64,000 bases of DNA from Penicillus capitatus (taxonomy: Eukaryota > Plantae > Chlorophyta), in contig OZ287697.1 in NCBI GenBank assembly GCA_965649825.1, positions 1,162,251 to 1,226,250 on the forward strand, read 5' to 3'. Position 1 is the first letter of the stretch, and the number at the start of each line of letters is the position of its first letter. The translations under genes and the position numbers were made by a program. Under the pieces are notes generated by a model. That model saw only the letters and a list, made by a program, of their open reading frames with translations, searched no databases and was not told the DNA's origin. This document shows positions 61,789 to 64,000 of this stretch, piece after piece.

Positions 61789-64000
61789 CTAAGCAGATGT
61801 CAGCCGTACCCCACAGAAGAGTTTGTGAATAGCATTCCTCGCACGCCCAAACAGGTAATGGTAAAAACAGACCCACAGGATGTGATGGGAACCGCCATCT
61901 GGCTTGTAAGGCACCCCCTTTTCATTAAGAACAGTTCTCAGGTAATCGGCAGCGTAGATAACAAAGACAAAAAGAAAGAACAGAAAGAGAGCAATGTTCC
62001 AGAATGCAAGACCGACAGTAATGACGACACGAACGTTGGAAGACACGTGCTCGTCTCCGAAGAACATACTCGAGCCGAAAGTCATCGCAGAGACCAGAAT
62101 AGACAGACTCTCCATCTTGTTCAGGCTGTCGAATTCTGGACGATAAGGACAGCACATCGTCTGAAGGAAAAGAACAAAAAGGAAAAGGAGCACGACGAGG
62201 ATATGCTGCAGATTGGCACCCAGAGGGTAAGAGAAAACGACGATCACTGCCAGAACAGCCTTTCTGAGCATAATCACAGATTCCCAGAACACATAGTTCT
62301 TCTTGTAGGAGCGGTACAGGAAACCGCACGTCTCGTAGATCCATCCGCTCTTGTAGTCCTCTTCGACGTTTTTAGCGGTAAGGAAAGCAGTGGCTAACGG
62401 AAACCCGAAGGAGAAAACGATCAGCAGGGGGCATCCCAGCATGAAGGCTAACAAGGCATGGGGTCCATTGTAGCATTCGATCTCGGTGTCAGTCGCCCAG
62501 TAGTCCGATGTGACGTCGATCTCGAAGTCGGCAGAATCGTGAACCTCCACGCAGTCCAGGATGCTGACGAGCGTCTTGGTGAGGGAGATGTAGCTGATGT
62601 ACAGGACGGCGACGGCCGTCAGGATGATCTTCTTGAGCAGGTAGGACCACGGCTCTCCTCGCTTGACCTTGATGGCCAACCAGATCACGCTGAAGACGCA
62701 GATGACTCCCAGGGGGATGCAGACGTCGATGATGACGCTGGCGATCGAACGATCCACCGAGGCACCGTCCGGGACGATGCAGTCCACTGACCGGTTCACC
62801 GCCTCCGAGGTAATGCCGCTGATGAACTCTGCAGAAGACAACAGAGAATTAGACGTTCTTATTTAAACCCTCTCCCACCTGCGCCTTCGAACAGAGCTAT
62901 CAGCATCAGAGTCCACTTGACGTTGATGGCGATGGCCACTGCCGTTACTTGGAGAAAGTTCATCATGATCTACATGCAGCAAAGTGTCTTTTAGACAGGG
63001 GAGGTTTGCTCTACCTTGAACATTTCTACAGTCTTCCACTTGGCCAAGTCTGCATCTTCGGATGGCGTTTCGGACACTTGTGCTGAATACAGTTCTGGTT
63101 GCAGAATCTCGGGCGGAACGCGACCGGTGACTATCATCTCCACCATTTCTTCATTAACAGGGACCGAGATTGATCTGCTCGGCAGAGACCTCAGCTGGCG
63201 AATGGATTCGACAGAATTGCCCCCCGAAGTTGGAGTTGAGATTGTGTTGCTTCTCACTGTGATATACGACAGTGCCAGGAGCACCAAGAACGACACAAAG
63301 ATCAAGGCATAGTTACCGAATCCAGAGAAGCACTCCTCACACAATGAAGAGTGAGACTTGCCGTAGGAAGGCTTTGCAGGATCCACACAGAGGGCCCTCG
63401 TGTCCCTGTAGCGACAAACTTGTAGAAACAAGCTACAGCACCCAGAGATCACCTTTCTGCACTGAGCTTCCGTGTAGTTTTGTACATACTCCTCATTGAA
63501 TTTACAGCTGCTGATGTCTCTCGTTGCTGCTGCCATTCTGACTTCCCTCTCTTCTGAACTGCACGCTTCTGAAGATATGCACTCTTGGATGTTCTCGGAA
63601 CAAGGAGTCTTATGCCAGTATCCCTTTGCTGACAGGATGACGTGAGTCGCACAGTCTCCGTTTTCGGGGCAAGGATGACATCCTGTCCCGTCGTTGCCTG
63701 GCTGAAGGTTGTATGTGTCAGAGGTGCAAGGTTCACAGACGGTTCCGTTGGCAGCGGCCACTTCACCGAGCCTACATCCCCTGACGTGCACTTCGACCAC
63801 AAGCGACTCGATTAGTCGTTCGCTGAAGTCGATGATGCATTCGTAGACGCCCTCTGGTCCAAACCCGACCACTCCTGAGAAGTTCCCGACGCCTTCCTCT
63901 ATCTCAATCTTGATGGATCCAGTGAAGAAATTATCTGGAGAGGGTCATCACAGCTTCGACAGTGCCACTGTTGAGAACAAATGCCGGTCCTTGTCCCAAT
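61789..64000 (-). pseudogene. Copy E: 3' half of a subfamily-2 receptor-like gene with two +1 frameshifts (pseudogene or assembly error; 5' part lies beyond the window)
   Basis: The TM exons are intact (TSEAVNRSVDC...GFLYRSYKKNYVFWESVIMLRKAV). Alignment to B/D needs removal of one base at the GGG 63942-63944 (EAVMT-SPDNFF) and one at the TTT 63373-63375 (GPLCGSCK-PSYGKSH). Confidence 0.7.

Overview
Eukaryotic nuclear DNA with very short spliceosomal introns (about 44-66 nt) in the standard genetic code. It is most likely a green-lineage (chlorophyte-like) alga; this is inferred from the plant-type SAHH and other plant-like genes, not proven. The window has two sharply different parts. (1) 1-16.2 kb is a dense housekeeping block of 11 genes, mostly head-to-head pairs: ATE1, a secreted/anchored coiled-coil protein, SAHH, a strictosidine-synthase-like/APMAP protein, PHF5A, DDX10/DBP4, a small secreted Cys-rich protein, an NCoR/POWERDRESS-like SANT protein, an RGG-rich protein, RPC8/POLR3H and an algal membrane protein. 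(2) 16.6-64 kb is an accessory block dominated by one uncharacterised surface-receptor-like family with the layout signal peptide + GGA(I/L/V)/FxxN beta-helix + Ig-like segment + Cys-rich CxxC repeats + about 8-9 TM helices. Four copies look intact (A-D), one is frameshifted and runs off the window end (E), and about five decayed fragments remain. The block contains a roughly 8 kb inverted segmental duplication and independent tandem expansions of the beta-helix (309-nt and 387-nt units). A 7-exon secreted tandem PAN/Apple-domain gene, missed by the ORF track, lies at 43.3-44.3 kb. Across the window I also see a strand-independent octamer GATGTGAC/GTCACATC (about 40 copies by eye versus about 2 expected) and unusually many GC-AG introns. 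No rRNA, tRNA, CRISPR array or transposase ORF could be supported. All exon structures and counts were made by eye, and no database search was run.
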